Assembly: GCA_037142615.1 (NCBI GenBank)
Contig: JBAXAI010000012.1
Span: 26,415-90,414 of the forward strand
DNA length: 64,000 nt
From: Spirochaetales bacterium
GTDB taxonomy: Bacteria; Spirochaetota; Spirochaetia; JABEVK01
Direction of reading: 5' to 3'
Below, one piece after another: positions 38,850-47,671 of this stretch (positions are counted from its first letter, which is position 1; every line of letters begins with the position of its first letter). Under the pieces are notes generated by a model. It searched no databases. It worked only from the letters and a program-made list of their open reading frames with translations, and was not told the origin of the DNA. Position numbers and translations under genes: made by a program.

Positions 38850-40124
38850 ATGAAACGAATTGTTCTTGCCTTTCTTGCCGTCGCGTTGACCGGAGTCGGC
38901 GCCTTTGCCGACGACGCGGCCAATGCTGCAACGCTTACGGTGCCGTCGCCCCTGACCGCCGCCATTACCGCCGACGGATACGTCCAGGCGGGCGTGGATC
39001 TCGACAAGGGAACCTTCGGTTTCTCGAACGGCTATGACTTCGGCTTCACGTTCAACCTGCTGCCCGGAACCGGCGTCGCACACGGTGACGGCACCATGAC
39101 CGGTACCCTCAGCGTCAGCGCGATCCGCTTGTTCCATTACGACGGCGTTGGTCTTTCCGCGGGTGACCCGGGCAACGGCCTTGCAGGCACCGCTCCTACC
39201 GTCCTCGCCAGCATCGGCGACGTGGTGGCCAAGCTCGTGATCGGTGACCTCTGGATCCAGCTCGGTGACAACGGCGCCGGACCCGGTGCGAGCGTCAACT
39301 ACCAGCCCGGTTTGGCCAACGATTCGGGCTTCCTCACCAGCGACGACACCTTCTACACCTACAGTGGTGTCTACGGCGGATCCTCGACCGAGTACGGCTT
39401 GTCGACCAAGGGTGCAATTGACCCTTCGGCCGCCGCCAAGGGACTTAGCTTTGGCTACACCCTGCCTAACCTCGTCGGTCTGACTGGTTCGGTGGCCTCG
39501 CTCAACGATTGGAAGACTGCGGGCACCAACGTGTACGAAGTCAAGGGCGAAGCCAGCGTGCTCGTCGACTCCAACCTGACACTGGTTGCCGCCTACGCCA
39601 TGTCGACCGCCGCCAGCAGCGATGCCGGCGTGGGAATCAAGGCTGGCTACAACGTGGGTATTCTGAGCCCCCTGGTCGGTGTTGACTTCAACCTCACAAC
39701 CTCGAAGTACTCGGCCGTTGTCGGTTCCAAGGCCGCGCTGGTCAAGGACCTGCTCAACCTGGCCGCCTACGCCCAGTACGACGCCACCGGCGCCGCCGCT
39801 GTGGCTAACGCCGCCGCCAGCCTCGAAGTGACCGCCGCTCCCCTTGGACTCAAGGTAGCGACCCAGTTGACCGACCTGACCGGAACCCTCAAGGACACCA
39901 TCAACGCCCAGCTGACCTTCGCTGCCACCCCTGACATCGGCGTCTGGGCAAAGATGTCGTTCGACAACCTCGGTGCTTCCAATGCCCTGTTCGCCAAGGC
40001 CGGTGTCGATATCGCAAAGCTCTTGCCTATGACCACCCTCTCGCTCGAGTACGACTCGAACGACCTGATGGGAACCAGCGCCATTCTGGGCGAAGTGTTC
40101 ACCACCCTCAAGGTGACCTACTAA
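38850..40124 (+). CDS. secreted Gly/Ala/Thr-rich protein, outer-membrane/porin-like (C-terminal ...TLKVTY)
   Basis: 424 aa. Signal peptide MKRIVLAFLAVALTGVGAFA. GGAGG RBS. Alternating beta-strand-like composition, aromatic C-terminus. Confidence 0.5.
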   Translation: MKRIVLAFLAVALTGVGAFADDAANAATLTVPSPLTAAITADGYVQAGVDLDKGTFGFSNGYDFGFTFNLLPGTGVAHGDGTMTGTLSVSAIRLFHYDGVGLSAGDPGNGLAGTAPTVLASIGDVVAKLVIGDLWIQLGDNGAGPGASVNYQPGLANDSGFLTSDDTFYTYSGVYGGSSTEYGLSTKGAIDPSAAAKGLSFGYTLPNLVGLTGSVASLNDWKTAGTNVYEVKGEASVLVDSNLTLVAAYAMSTAASSDAGVGIKAGYNVGILSPLVGVDFNLTTSKYSAVVGSKAALVKDLLNLAAYAQYDATGAAAVANAAASLEVTAAPLGLKVATQLTDLTGTLKDTINAQLTFAATPDIGVWAKMSFDNLGASNALFAKAGVDIAKLLPMTTLSLEYDSNDLMGTSAILGEVFTTLKVTY

Positions 40125-40149
40125 GCCTGACCCTTCTCGCGGAGAAGTG

Positions 40150-40180
40150 GGCTGGTCCTGTGGGGCCAGCCCTTTTCTTT
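40150..40180 (+). terminator. rho-independent terminator (GGGCTGG...CCAGCCC stem followed by TTTTCTTT)
   Basis: Hairpin plus T-tract 25 bp after OMP-like gene stop. Confidence 0.6.
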
Positions 40181-40491
40181 GTCCGGAAACGACTTGGTAT
40201 TTAACCTGCATTTGACCTGACGTTGAACTAGCCATAACCCGACGTAACCGGGCGTGCGCTAGGATGTCTCTAGAAGTGCGAGAGTGCTGAAGCCCGTGGG
40301 TCTGGAGCGACCGTTCCCAAGGGCAGCAACACACAGCGGTTCAGGGAGGCAGACGTGCCTCCCCTTTTTTTTGGGCCTTCGCTAACACAACCAGTGGTCT
40401 AATGACGCGCCGACCTCTTGCGTCTGGCTGCGCCTCGTCCTCGCCAGACCCAAGACTTCGTCGTGAAGCCCCAAAAAAAATCTTGCCCCCC

Positions 40492-41035
40492 GTCAAGGCG
40501 CAGCCGAAGACACCAGTACGCCCGCCAAAGGTGTTGGACGCAGGTCAAGGCGCAGCCGAAGACACCAAAGTGCCCGCCAAAGGCGCCCGACGCAGGTCAA
40601 GGCGCAGCCGAAGACACCAGTGTGCCCACAAAAGGGCCACGACGCAGGTCAAGGCGCAGCCGAAGACACCAGCATGCCCGTCAAAGGGGCCACGACGCGG
40701 GTCAAGGCGCAGCCGAAGACACCAGCATGCCCGCCAAAGGCGCCCGACGCAGGTCAAGGCGCAGCCGAAGACACCAGTACGCCCACAAAAGGGCCATGAC
40801 GCGGGTCAAGGCGCAGCCGAAGACACCAGTATGCCCGTCTAAGGCGCCCGACGCGGGTCGAGGCGCAGCCGAAGATACCAAAGTGCCCGCCAAAGGTGTT
40901 GGACGCCGGTCAAGGCGCAGCCGAAGACACCAAAGTGCCCGCCAAAGGTGTTGGACGCCGGTCAAGGCGCAGCCGAAGACACCAAAGTGCCCGCCAAAAG
41001 GGTTTGACGCGGGTCGAGGCGCAGCCGAAGACACC
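40492..41035. repeat. 52-bp period tandem repeat (minisatellite), 11 copies: constant 24-mer GTCAAGGCGCAGCCGAAGACACCA plus 28-nt semi-variable part
   Basis: Seen directly. Period exactly 52 bp. Variable part is always a variant of nnnTGCCCGCCAAAGGnnnnnGACGCnG. All six frames open, so ORF calls across it are artefacts. Confidence 0.9.
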
Positions 41036-41072
41036 AGTGTGCACCGAGTAGGCCCTTCCGGGGTGGTGAGTG

Positions 41073-41195
41073 CCCTAGCGCGAGTTCTCCGGTTTGGCTA
41101 AGTCGAGGGGGCGCGAGTACCGCAGCATAGCGGCAGCTATGTGAGGACACGGAGCGTCCCCGAGACGACGCCAAACCGGAGAAATCGCGCTAGGG
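41073..41195. repeat. 26-bp near-perfect inverted repeat (CCCTAGCGCGAGTTCTCCGGTTTGGC / GCCAAACCGGAGAAATCGCGCTAGGG) flanking a 71-bp loop
   Basis: Seen directly (25/26 complementary). Right arm overlaps the stop codon of the response-regulator gene. Lies immediately after the minisatellite. Confidence 0.7.
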
Positions 41196-41909
41196 CTGGA
41201 AGACGTAGCCGATGCCACGGACGGTGGTAATATACCCCTCTGCGTTCGACACCGTTCTCAGTTTCTTGCGCAGCCAAGCCACGTGCACGTACACGGTGCG
41301 CGAGGTCACGAGAGCCTCGTAGCCCCAGGCCAGGCTGAGAATCTTGTCGGTACCGAGCACCTCGTGGGGATGTTCCACAAACAGGCACAAAAGGCGGAAC
41401 TCCTGATGCGAAAGGGGGACGATTTTGCCGGAACGCAACAGGTGTCCACTTTTGTAGTGCAGAACGAACTCACCAAAGACCGTGTCAGCCTTGGTGGTGT
41501 CGAGCCAGTTCTTCTCAAGGGGCAAGGGGGCATCGGTGGTGGCGGGTCCCCGGCGGAGGTGGGCCTCAATCCGCGCCAAGAACTCGTCGTACTCGAAAGG
41601 TTTGGTGATGTAGTCGTCGGCACCGCCGCGCAACCCTTCAACCCGGTCGGCAAGCGAGTCCTTGGCCGAAACGATCATGATGGGCACCGAAGAGCCCGTT
41701 TCGCGAAGTTGGCGGATGATGCGCTCGCCGCCGAAGCCGGGCAACATCAGGTCGATCAGCAGCAGGTCCCAGACCTTGCTGCGCGCCGCCTCCCACCCGC
41801 TGGGTCCATCGTAACACGAGGAGAACTCGTACCCCAACGAAGTCAAGCGATCGCCCACGGCCATGACAAGGCTCCTCGTGTCTTCCACCATCAGGATTCT
41901 TTTGCCCAT
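41190..41909 (-). CDS. OmpR/PhoB-family response regulator
   Basis: Receiver domain (D at LLIDLMLPG) plus winged-helix (VYVHVAWLRKKL...GIGYVF). Confidence 0.85.
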   Translation of the reverse strand: MGKRILMVEDTRSLVMAVGDRLTSLGYEFSSCYDGPSGWEAARSKVWDLLLIDLMLPGFGGERIIRQLRETGSSVPIMIVSAKDSLADRVEGLRGGADDYITKPFEYDEFLARIEAHLRRGPATTDAPLPLEKNWLDTTKADTVFGEFVLHYKSGHLLRSGKIVPLSHQEFRLLCLFVEHPHEVLGTDKILSLAWGYEALVTSRTVYVHVAWLRKKLRTVSNAEGYITTVRGIGYVFQP

Positions 41910-41940
41910 AGAGGATTCTATCCACGGTGTGTCCCCTTGA

Positions 41941-41962
41941 GGTCAAATCGAGGTTAAATCGG
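41941..41962 (-). promoter_or_regulatory. two 11-bp direct repeats GGTCAAATCGA / GGTTAAATCGG (TTTGACC-type heptamers read toward the regulator gene)
   Basis: Seen directly in the divergent region between response regulator and histidine kinase genes. Confidence 0.4.
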
Positions 41963-42008
41963 CACTCCTGCTCTCGAAACCTTGACAGTGAGCCACTATA
42001 CCAAGGCA

Positions 42009-43727
42009 ATGAGAGTTATGCCGCTCGCCAACGCGCGCTCCTCGTTCGTTTTCGTTCCTGTTCTTGCCGTCTTGGCTCTGGCGTCGCTTGTCCTGTTCAA
42101 TTCGCTCGAAACCGAGTCGCAAGCCGAGAACGCCCGTCAGTTGCACTTCATGAAGACCGCAGCGTTCCAGGTTGTCGACGACCTGGGCTACGAGTTATTC
42201 AGCATGGTGTCGGCGTTCAGCTTCGACCTGAATACCCAGATCGCTGACGGGACCGTGATCACCCGCGACACACTGACCGCCGCGGTGGCTCGTTACCGGG
42301 CCCAAGCCCGTTTTCCGTCACTGTTTGAAGAGCTTGCCTGTCTGGAGCGGACCGGACCCGGCACCTACCGTTTCGACAGCTGGAACGACTCGGGCTGGGT
42401 CACCGACTATCGGCCCAGCTGGGCCGAAAACATGGTGGTGCCGCCCCAAGACGGGGGTCGACCAGAAAGCACACCTCCCAGCGACAACACCTTTTCGCTC
42501 GACCGGCCCGTGTTGACCGTGTACCTTCGCAACCGCAGGGCGCAGGTGGGTGAAGTGATTGCCATCACGCTGCGCTTCCGGCCGCAAACGGTGATCGGCA
42601 CCATCGTCCCCGCGCTTGTGAGTCAGAGGTTTTCCGAAAGCAACGGCGCCAGCCCCTACATCGCCAACATCATCTACAGTCCGGCGACAACCTCGGGCGA
42701 CAGCATCCCGGTCGACTGGAGGGTGCCGCTGTTGCCGTGGACCCCCTTTGAAGGCTGGTTCGACTACTACGTGAAGCGGATCTCGGCGCTCCAACCGTCT
42801 CGGACTGCCTTTGATCGGCTTGCCCAACAGCCTGTGGGCGCCAAGACAGAGGGTACAGGTTGGAACCTCGAGGTGAGTCGCCTTCCCGGGGGACTGCTGG
42901 AAGAATTGATCGGTTTCCGGTGGCGGAACGGCGCCCTTTCCCTGGGCTTCTTTCTCGTGCTGGGCCTTGGCTTTCTGGGCTTGTACCTCACAACGAGGCA
43001 GACCAGGTTGCACGAACATCAGGTGCGGACGTTTCTGGCCCTGGTATCGCATGAGCTGAAGACACCGCTGGCGGTGGTTCAGTCGCTGGCCGACAACCTT
43101 TCGCGCGGCATAGGCACCGATGAAGCGCGTGCCAGGGAGTACGGGGTGGTACTGCGCCAAGAAAGCGACCGACTGGGACGCATGGTGAACAACATCCTCG
43201 GTCTGACGGCCATCCAAGGCGGGATTTCGCCCCGCGACAGGTGCCCGATCGAGGTGTCGGCTCTAGTGAAAGATCGTTTGGCCTGTGAGCCTGACCTGCA
43301 AGACCAAGCCGCAGACCTCACAGTCAACACCGAGTTTCCGACCGACCTGCCGCTCGTGCTGGGCCACCACACGGCCTTGTCGGCGGCGATCGACAACCTG
43401 GTCGGCAACGCCTTCCGCCACGGCACACTGGGTCCGGGCCCCCACCTGGTGGAACTCCGGTTGCGGAGCCAACACCGTCTCGGTCGGCGAGGGGTTTCAT
43501 TCTCGGTGCGCGACAACGGGCCCGGCTTCACGCGGCGGGAAGGGCGCCGGTTCCGTCGTCCGTTCCGGCGGGGTCAGCGTGCCAGCCAGGAACAGACCCC
43601 TGGCAGCGGCGTTGGTCTCAGCCTTGTGTACTCCACGGCCGAAAGCCTGGGCGGTCACCTGAGCTGGAAGTCGCAGGCCGGTCGTGGCAGCCAGTTCGTC
43701 CTGTGGCTGCCGGCGGTGGTCAAGTGA
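42009..43727 (+). CDS. sensor histidine kinase (2 TM, periplasmic domain, HisKA, HATPase_c)
   Basis: H-box LVSHELKTPLAVV. N/G boxes (NLVGNAFRHG, GSGVGLSLV). Start at ATG 42009 (TTG at 41982 and ATG 42018 are alternatives). Confidence 0.8.
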   Translation: MRVMPLANARSSFVFVPVLAVLALASLVLFNSLETESQAENARQLHFMKTAAFQVVDDLGYELFSMVSAFSFDLNTQIADGTVITRDTLTAAVARYRAQARFPSLFEELACLERTGPGTYRFDSWNDSGWVTDYRPSWAENMVVPPQDGGRPESTPPSDNTFSLDRPVLTVYLRNRRAQVGEVIAITLRFRPQTVIGTIVPALVSQRFSESNGASPYIANIIYSPATTSGDSIPVDWRVPLLPWTPFEGWFDYYVKRISALQPSRTAFDRLAQQPVGAKTEGTGWNLEVSRLPGGLLEELIGFRWRNGALSLGFFLVLGLGFLGLYLTTRQTRLHEHQVRTFLALVSHELKTPLAVVQSLADNLSRGIGTDEARAREYGVVLRQESDRLGRMVNNILGLTAIQGGISPRDRCPIEVSALVKDRLACEPDLQDQAADLTVNTEFPTDLPLVLGHHTALSAAIDNLVGNAFRHGTLGPGPHLVELRLRSQHRLGRRGVSFSVRDNGPGFTRREGRRFRRPFRRGQRASQEQTPGSGVGLSLVYSTAESLGGHLSWKSQAGRGSQFVLWLPAVVK

Positions 43728-44422
43728 CCCCGGCACCCAAACGCATTTTGATGATCGAAGACGAGCGGGGCCTGGTGCTGTCGGTGAGCGACCGGCTTCG
43801 CAGCGAAGGCTACCAAGTGTTTGCCGAAACCCGCGGAGACAGCGGCTTGCAGCGGGCGTTGGCCGAGGAGTGGGACCTCTTTTTGATCGATGTGATGCTC
43901 CCCGGCGTCGATGGCTTCGAGATCGTCAAACGCCTTCGCCAGGCCAAAATCACCACGCCGGCCCTGTTGGTGACCGCGCGAGAACAGGTGGTCGACCGCG
44001 TTTCGGGCCTGCGCCTCGGGGCCGATGACTACCTGGTCAAACCCTTTGCCATGGACGAGTTGGTCGCCCGCATCGAAAACCAGATTCGCCGGTTGGTAAC
44101 CATGCCGGGCCCGAGCACGCCGAGCCAACGGGTCTTTGGACCCTACGTGTTCGACCCGGTAAAAGCCGGCGTGTTTGTCGAAGGCGAGCGCGTCACCATG
44201 ACCCACCAGGAGTTCCTGCTGCTCAAGGTGCTCATCGAACACGAGGGGCAAGTGGTGGAGCCCGCCAAGCTGCTCGACCTGGCCTGGGGTTACGGCAGCG
44301 AGGTTACCTCGCGAACCCTGTACGTCCATATGTCTTGGTTGCGTCAGAAATTAAAAATCCCCGACCGCAAGGATGGACCCATCCAGACGGTGCGGGGCTT
44401 CGGCTACCTGTTCGTCGGCTAG
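43724..44422 (+). CDS. OmpR/PhoB-family response regulator (second, co-transcribed with kinase)
   Basis: GTG overlapping kinase stop (GTGA). Receiver plus winged helix. Paralogous to the divergent regulator. Confidence 0.8.
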   Translation: MTPAPKRILMIEDERGLVLSVSDRLRSEGYQVFAETRGDSGLQRALAEEWDLFLIDVMLPGVDGFEIVKRLRQAKITTPALLVTAREQVVDRVSGLRLGADDYLVKPFAMDELVARIENQIRRLVTMPGPSTPSQRVFGPYVFDPVKAGVFVEGERVTMTHQEFLLLKVLIEHEGQVVEPAKLLDLAWGYGSEVTSRTLYVHMSWLRQKLKIPDRKDGPIQTVRGFGYLFVG

Positions 44423-44434
44423 AGTGTGCCGGGT

Positions 44435-44851
44435 CTAGCTGCGGTCTTCGGGACCGTCGATGCCCATCGTCCAAATGTTGCGCCCGATTCGCATGCTCGC
44501 AAACTCGGTTTCACCGCGCACCAGCGACGCCTTGAGCAACGGATTGATCAGGGCCGTCAGCGAAGCGCGGTTGTTGGTGTCGTTCACCAGCGTGTCGATG
44601 GCGTCCTTGTAGGTTACGGCGACCGAGGCCAGCGGGGCGTCGATCTTGTCGCCGTCAACTCCATGGGCAGTGAACCATGCGCGGATCGCGTCGGCGGGCG
44701 AAACCTCGATGGTGCCGAGGGTTGTCTGGTCGTTTGTGTGGCCGTACGTGGTCACCAAACGGTAGTTTTCCGCATTGCCCTGAGCGAACGCCATTCCAGC
44801 AGCGCTGGTGACCAGCAGGGTTGCAAGTGCCAATTTCTTGAAGGTTTTCAT
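44435..44851 (-). CDS. small secreted hypothetical protein
   Basis: 138 aa. Signal peptide MKTFKKLALATLLVTSAAGMAFA. Strong GGAGGAAGG RBS. Confidence 0.5.
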   Translation of the reverse strand: MKTFKKLALATLLVTSAAGMAFAQGNAENYRLVTTYGHTNDQTTLGTIEVSPADAIRAWFTAHGVDGDKIDAPLASVAVTYKDAIDTLVNDTNNRASLTALINPLLKASLVRGETEFASMRIGRNIWTMGIDGPEDRS

Positions 44852-44897
44852 GTTTCCTTCCTCCTGAGTCCAAGCTAGTTCTTCCGCGCTGGAGCAA

Positions 44898-44937
44898 GGT
44901 CAAACGACAGCTAAACGTAGGTCAAAGGCCGGTCAAA
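44898..44937 (-). promoter_or_regulatory. four 11-bp-phased direct repeats (GGTCAAA, AGCTAAA, GGTCAAA, GGTCAAA) reading TTTGACC toward the small secreted protein gene
   Basis: Seen directly at 44898, 44909, 44920, 44931. Confidence 0.45.
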
Positions 44938-44966
44938 TGCGCTAGACTGAAGAGCGGAGGTCACCC

Positions 44967-47294
44967 ATGCTTCGTTTCCTTCTGGTCTTTCTGCTGGTTT
45001 TCCCGGTTCTGGACGCTCAAGTCATTCAAAAACAAACGCTTTATACCACCGCGAAGGTGGAAGGCGGAGTCACTGTCACGGTAGATGGCCAAACCTTCGG
45101 ACCCTATCAGGGGGTCGAGGGAGTACCCGCTTTTTCGGCCGACCTGCAGCACTGGGCTCTCGTGGCTCGCAAAACTGGCCCCGGGAACGCTCACGAGGTG
45201 CTGGTTGATGGCAAGAGCGCAACGACGTTGGACCAATACAATGGCCTGATGGGCCTTTCGCTCACCGAGGACGGCAAGACGTGGAGCCTGGTCGCGGGCC
45301 TGAGCACCAACTCACGGCAGAATGCCGTGCGCATCACCAATGGAGTTGCATCCCCGCCGCTGGGCAATGTCGGGCCCCTGGTGGGGTCTCCCGACGGCAA
45401 GAGCTCGTACTTCGTGGCCGAAAGCGACAAAGGCCGGGTTGTGGTGCTGAACGGAAAAGTGCTGGGACCGTTCCAAGACGTCCGTTTCGCGGCTTGGGAC
45501 CTGGGCGGCTCCAAGCTGGCGTTCAGTTTTTCGCGCGGTGGCTCCTGGTTCCTGTGGACCGATGGGAAAGAAGCGGGACCGTTTCAGGACGCGCAGCCCA
45601 TCACCCGCGCCGACGGGGCCTGGCTGGGAACTTCGACCACCGACAAGGCCAACAAGACCACGTTGAACATCGGCGGCAAGGCCTATGGGCCCTACGATTC
45701 CGTCGCCCCCAACCTCGACTGGAAGAGTGCCGACGGCACCAAATGGATGACCCGCGCCTACAAGAAAGGTGTGGCCTACCTGGTCGACAATGGCAAAGAG
45801 ACCAAGCTCGACTCGCTGGATTTCCAAACCCTCCCCGGCGGAAGTTGGGTGGCCCGCTACGGCGGCTTTGCGAATTGGAGGCTGAACATCGACGGCCAGG
45901 TGCTGGGCCCCTACGACGCACCAAGCACACCGCTGGCGTTTGCCGACGGCTCGAACTGGGCCTTTTCGTACGGAACCCTTCCCAACGACCCCACCGAGAA
46001 GTATTTCATCCGCTTGAAAAACGGCAAGACCTATCCAGGTGCGCACCTTAAACTCATCGCCGACGATCAAGGTCAGGCGTTCACCTGGTACACCGACGAC
46101 CGCCAAGGGCCGCTGGTATTCAGCCGGGTCGACAAGTCGGGCTATCAAAGCACGACGCTGGTGACGGTGGTCCCCTCGCCGCCCGACGGTATCACGTTGC
46201 AGGCCGAAAAAGTGACCTCCGGCCCCTACGCCGAAGTGACCGGGTGGGCAGCTTCTCCCGATGGTAGGCATTGGGGCGCGCTGGTCCGGCTCAGCGGTGA
46301 CCGCTACCAGGTGGTGGTCGATGGCCGCGAAGGTGCACCGACCGGGGCCCTGACCCACGTCGGCGACCTGCAGATCAGTGGCAACGGTGCCTCGTGGAGC
46401 TTGCGGGGCTGGCCCACCAAGGGGAGCGACTCCCAGGTACGAATCGTCAACGGTGTTATGGCCGGTCCGTTCCAGTCGCCGTGGCCCGTGATGTTTTCGG
46501 CCGACGGTTCGCACTCTGGCTATTGGAGCCAGTCCCTCAAGGGCAACCAGAAGCAGCTCAACTTCGACGGCAAGCAGTACGGCCCGTACGCCAAAGATCA
46601 GCTGCAGCACCTGTACGACCTCGATGCCGGCCACTTTGCGTTTGGCATGCCCGACAAAGGCGGCACGCTGGTCGTGACGGACCAAGGCAACTTCGGTCCT
46701 TTCCAGGACTACCGCATTCTGCCCAAGCGGGAGCTGGTGCGCGATTCAGAGACCGGAAGTCTGTTTGGCTTCACGGCCCGCAAGTCAGACGGTTCCACCG
46801 TCCTGTACGTGTTTCCGGGCGTTCCCGGTGGTGGAGTGACCTACGGGCCCTTCCAGAATCTGAATGGCAATGGACAGGGTGCCGTGACCCAGGGCGACTG
46901 GTACTTTCTGGGCCAAAAATCCGGCAGCCCCAGCCAAACCCTGCTGCACAACGGCGAGGCGACTGAGGTGCGCGGGGCCGACGTGCGCGTCCTGGCCTCA
47001 GGCGGAGTGCAACTGCGTGTTTGGGAAGAAAACCAGGAAACACTGACGTTGAATGGCCGCAGTCTGGGTTCTTGGACCCACGTGAACCAGTGGTTGGTTG
47101 CCGACGACCAAAACTGGGCCGCCGAAGTGCAGCAAGGGGAGGGCCCGCAGTCTCGCAATCTTCTGGTCATCAACGGCCAGGAGCTCACGGGGACAGACCT
47201 CAAGCTTATTGGCAGCCCGGGTCGCCAAAGCTTCCAGTGGTTCTCGGTGACACCCGAAGGCAGCGGCGTGCGCAATACGTTGGCCCTCCCATGA
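44967..47294 (+). CDS. secreted repeat protein (at least ten ~60-90-aa modules each containing G-P-[FY]-x-[DS]-[VA]); possible beta-propeller
   Basis: 775 aa. Signal peptide. Recurring motif ...NGKVLGPFQDV / GKAYGPYDSV / GQVLGPYDAP / GNFGPFQDY etc. GGAGG RBS. Confidence 0.55.
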   Translation: MLRFLLVFLLVFPVLDAQVIQKQTLYTTAKVEGGVTVTVDGQTFGPYQGVEGVPAFSADLQHWALVARKTGPGNAHEVLVDGKSATTLDQYNGLMGLSLTEDGKTWSLVAGLSTNSRQNAVRITNGVASPPLGNVGPLVGSPDGKSSYFVAESDKGRVVVLNGKVLGPFQDVRFAAWDLGGSKLAFSFSRGGSWFLWTDGKEAGPFQDAQPITRADGAWLGTSTTDKANKTTLNIGGKAYGPYDSVAPNLDWKSADGTKWMTRAYKKGVAYLVDNGKETKLDSLDFQTLPGGSWVARYGGFANWRLNIDGQVLGPYDAPSTPLAFADGSNWAFSYGTLPNDPTEKYFIRLKNGKTYPGAHLKLIADDQGQAFTWYTDDRQGPLVFSRVDKSGYQSTTLVTVVPSPPDGITLQAEKVTSGPYAEVTGWAASPDGRHWGALVRLSGDRYQVVVDGREGAPTGALTHVGDLQISGNGASWSLRGWPTKGSDSQVRIVNGVMAGPFQSPWPVMFSADGSHSGYWSQSLKGNQKQLNFDGKQYGPYAKDQLQHLYDLDAGHFAFGMPDKGGTLVVTDQGNFGPFQDYRILPKRELVRDSETGSLFGFTARKSDGSTVLYVFPGVPGGGVTYGPFQNLNGNGQGAVTQGDWYFLGQKSGSPSQTLLHNGEATEVRGADVRVLASGGVQLRVWEENQETLTLNGRSLGSWTHVNQWLVADDQNWAAEVQQGEGPQSRNLLVINGQELTGTDLKLIGSPGRQSFQWFSVTPEGSGVRNTLALP

Positions 47295-47671
47295 ACCGGT
47301 CGATGGCCGCCTTGATCGACCATTTGATTGCCCACCACGACGTGCTTCGCGTGGGTTTCGTCGGCGCGGGCGACAAGCCCTACGCCGCCTCGCTGTTGGC
47401 GCAGTTCCGCTCGCGCACCGACGACGCGGCGATCCGGCCCGAGGCCGCTTGGGTTTGCCCGGGTGGGACGACTGCCGAAGACGGTGCCGCCGCCGCAGAT
47501 TCCTTGGTCGCGTGGGCCCGGGCCAACTCGCACCGGGGCGCCTTCCAAGCCGTGATCGTCGTCGGAGCTGAGCAGACCCAAGGTGTTCGCCAAGTGTTGG
47601 CCGCGGCGGGGGGAGCCTTGGCGGCCGTTTTCGTCGAAACGATCGAACCGGAACTGGCGACTCAGTACTGA
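47291..47671 (+). CDS. hypothetical protein (126 aa), translationally coupled to the repeat protein gene (ATGA)
   Basis: ORF with ATG overlapping upstream stop. No recognisable motif. Confidence 0.4.
   Translation: MNRSMAALIDHLIAHHDVLRVGFVGAGDKPYAASLLAQFRSRTDDAAIRPEAAWVCPGGTTAEDGAAAADSLVAWARANSHRGAFQAVIVVGAEQTQGVRQVLAAAGGALAAVFVETIEPELATQY

Noticed and set aside
40492-41035. Possible CRISPR array (regular 24-bp repeat with 28-bp intervening segments)
   Set aside because: The intervening 28-mers are not unique spacers but variants of one sequence, so the whole 52-bp unit is the repeat. No cas genes or leader were found.
40402-41174. ORF calls on both strands through the minisatellite (e.g. 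227-aa Arg/Pro/Gln-rich 'protein')
   Set aside because: Open frames exist in all six frames only because the GC-rich repeat lacks stop codons. The 52-bp period forces a frame rotation every unit. There is no RBS or start context.
41982-42000. TTGACA hexamer at 41982 as the -35 box of the kinase promoter
   Set aside because: The only -10-like element (TATACC) lies 9 nt downstream, too close. TTG here is more likely an alternative start codon or coincidence.
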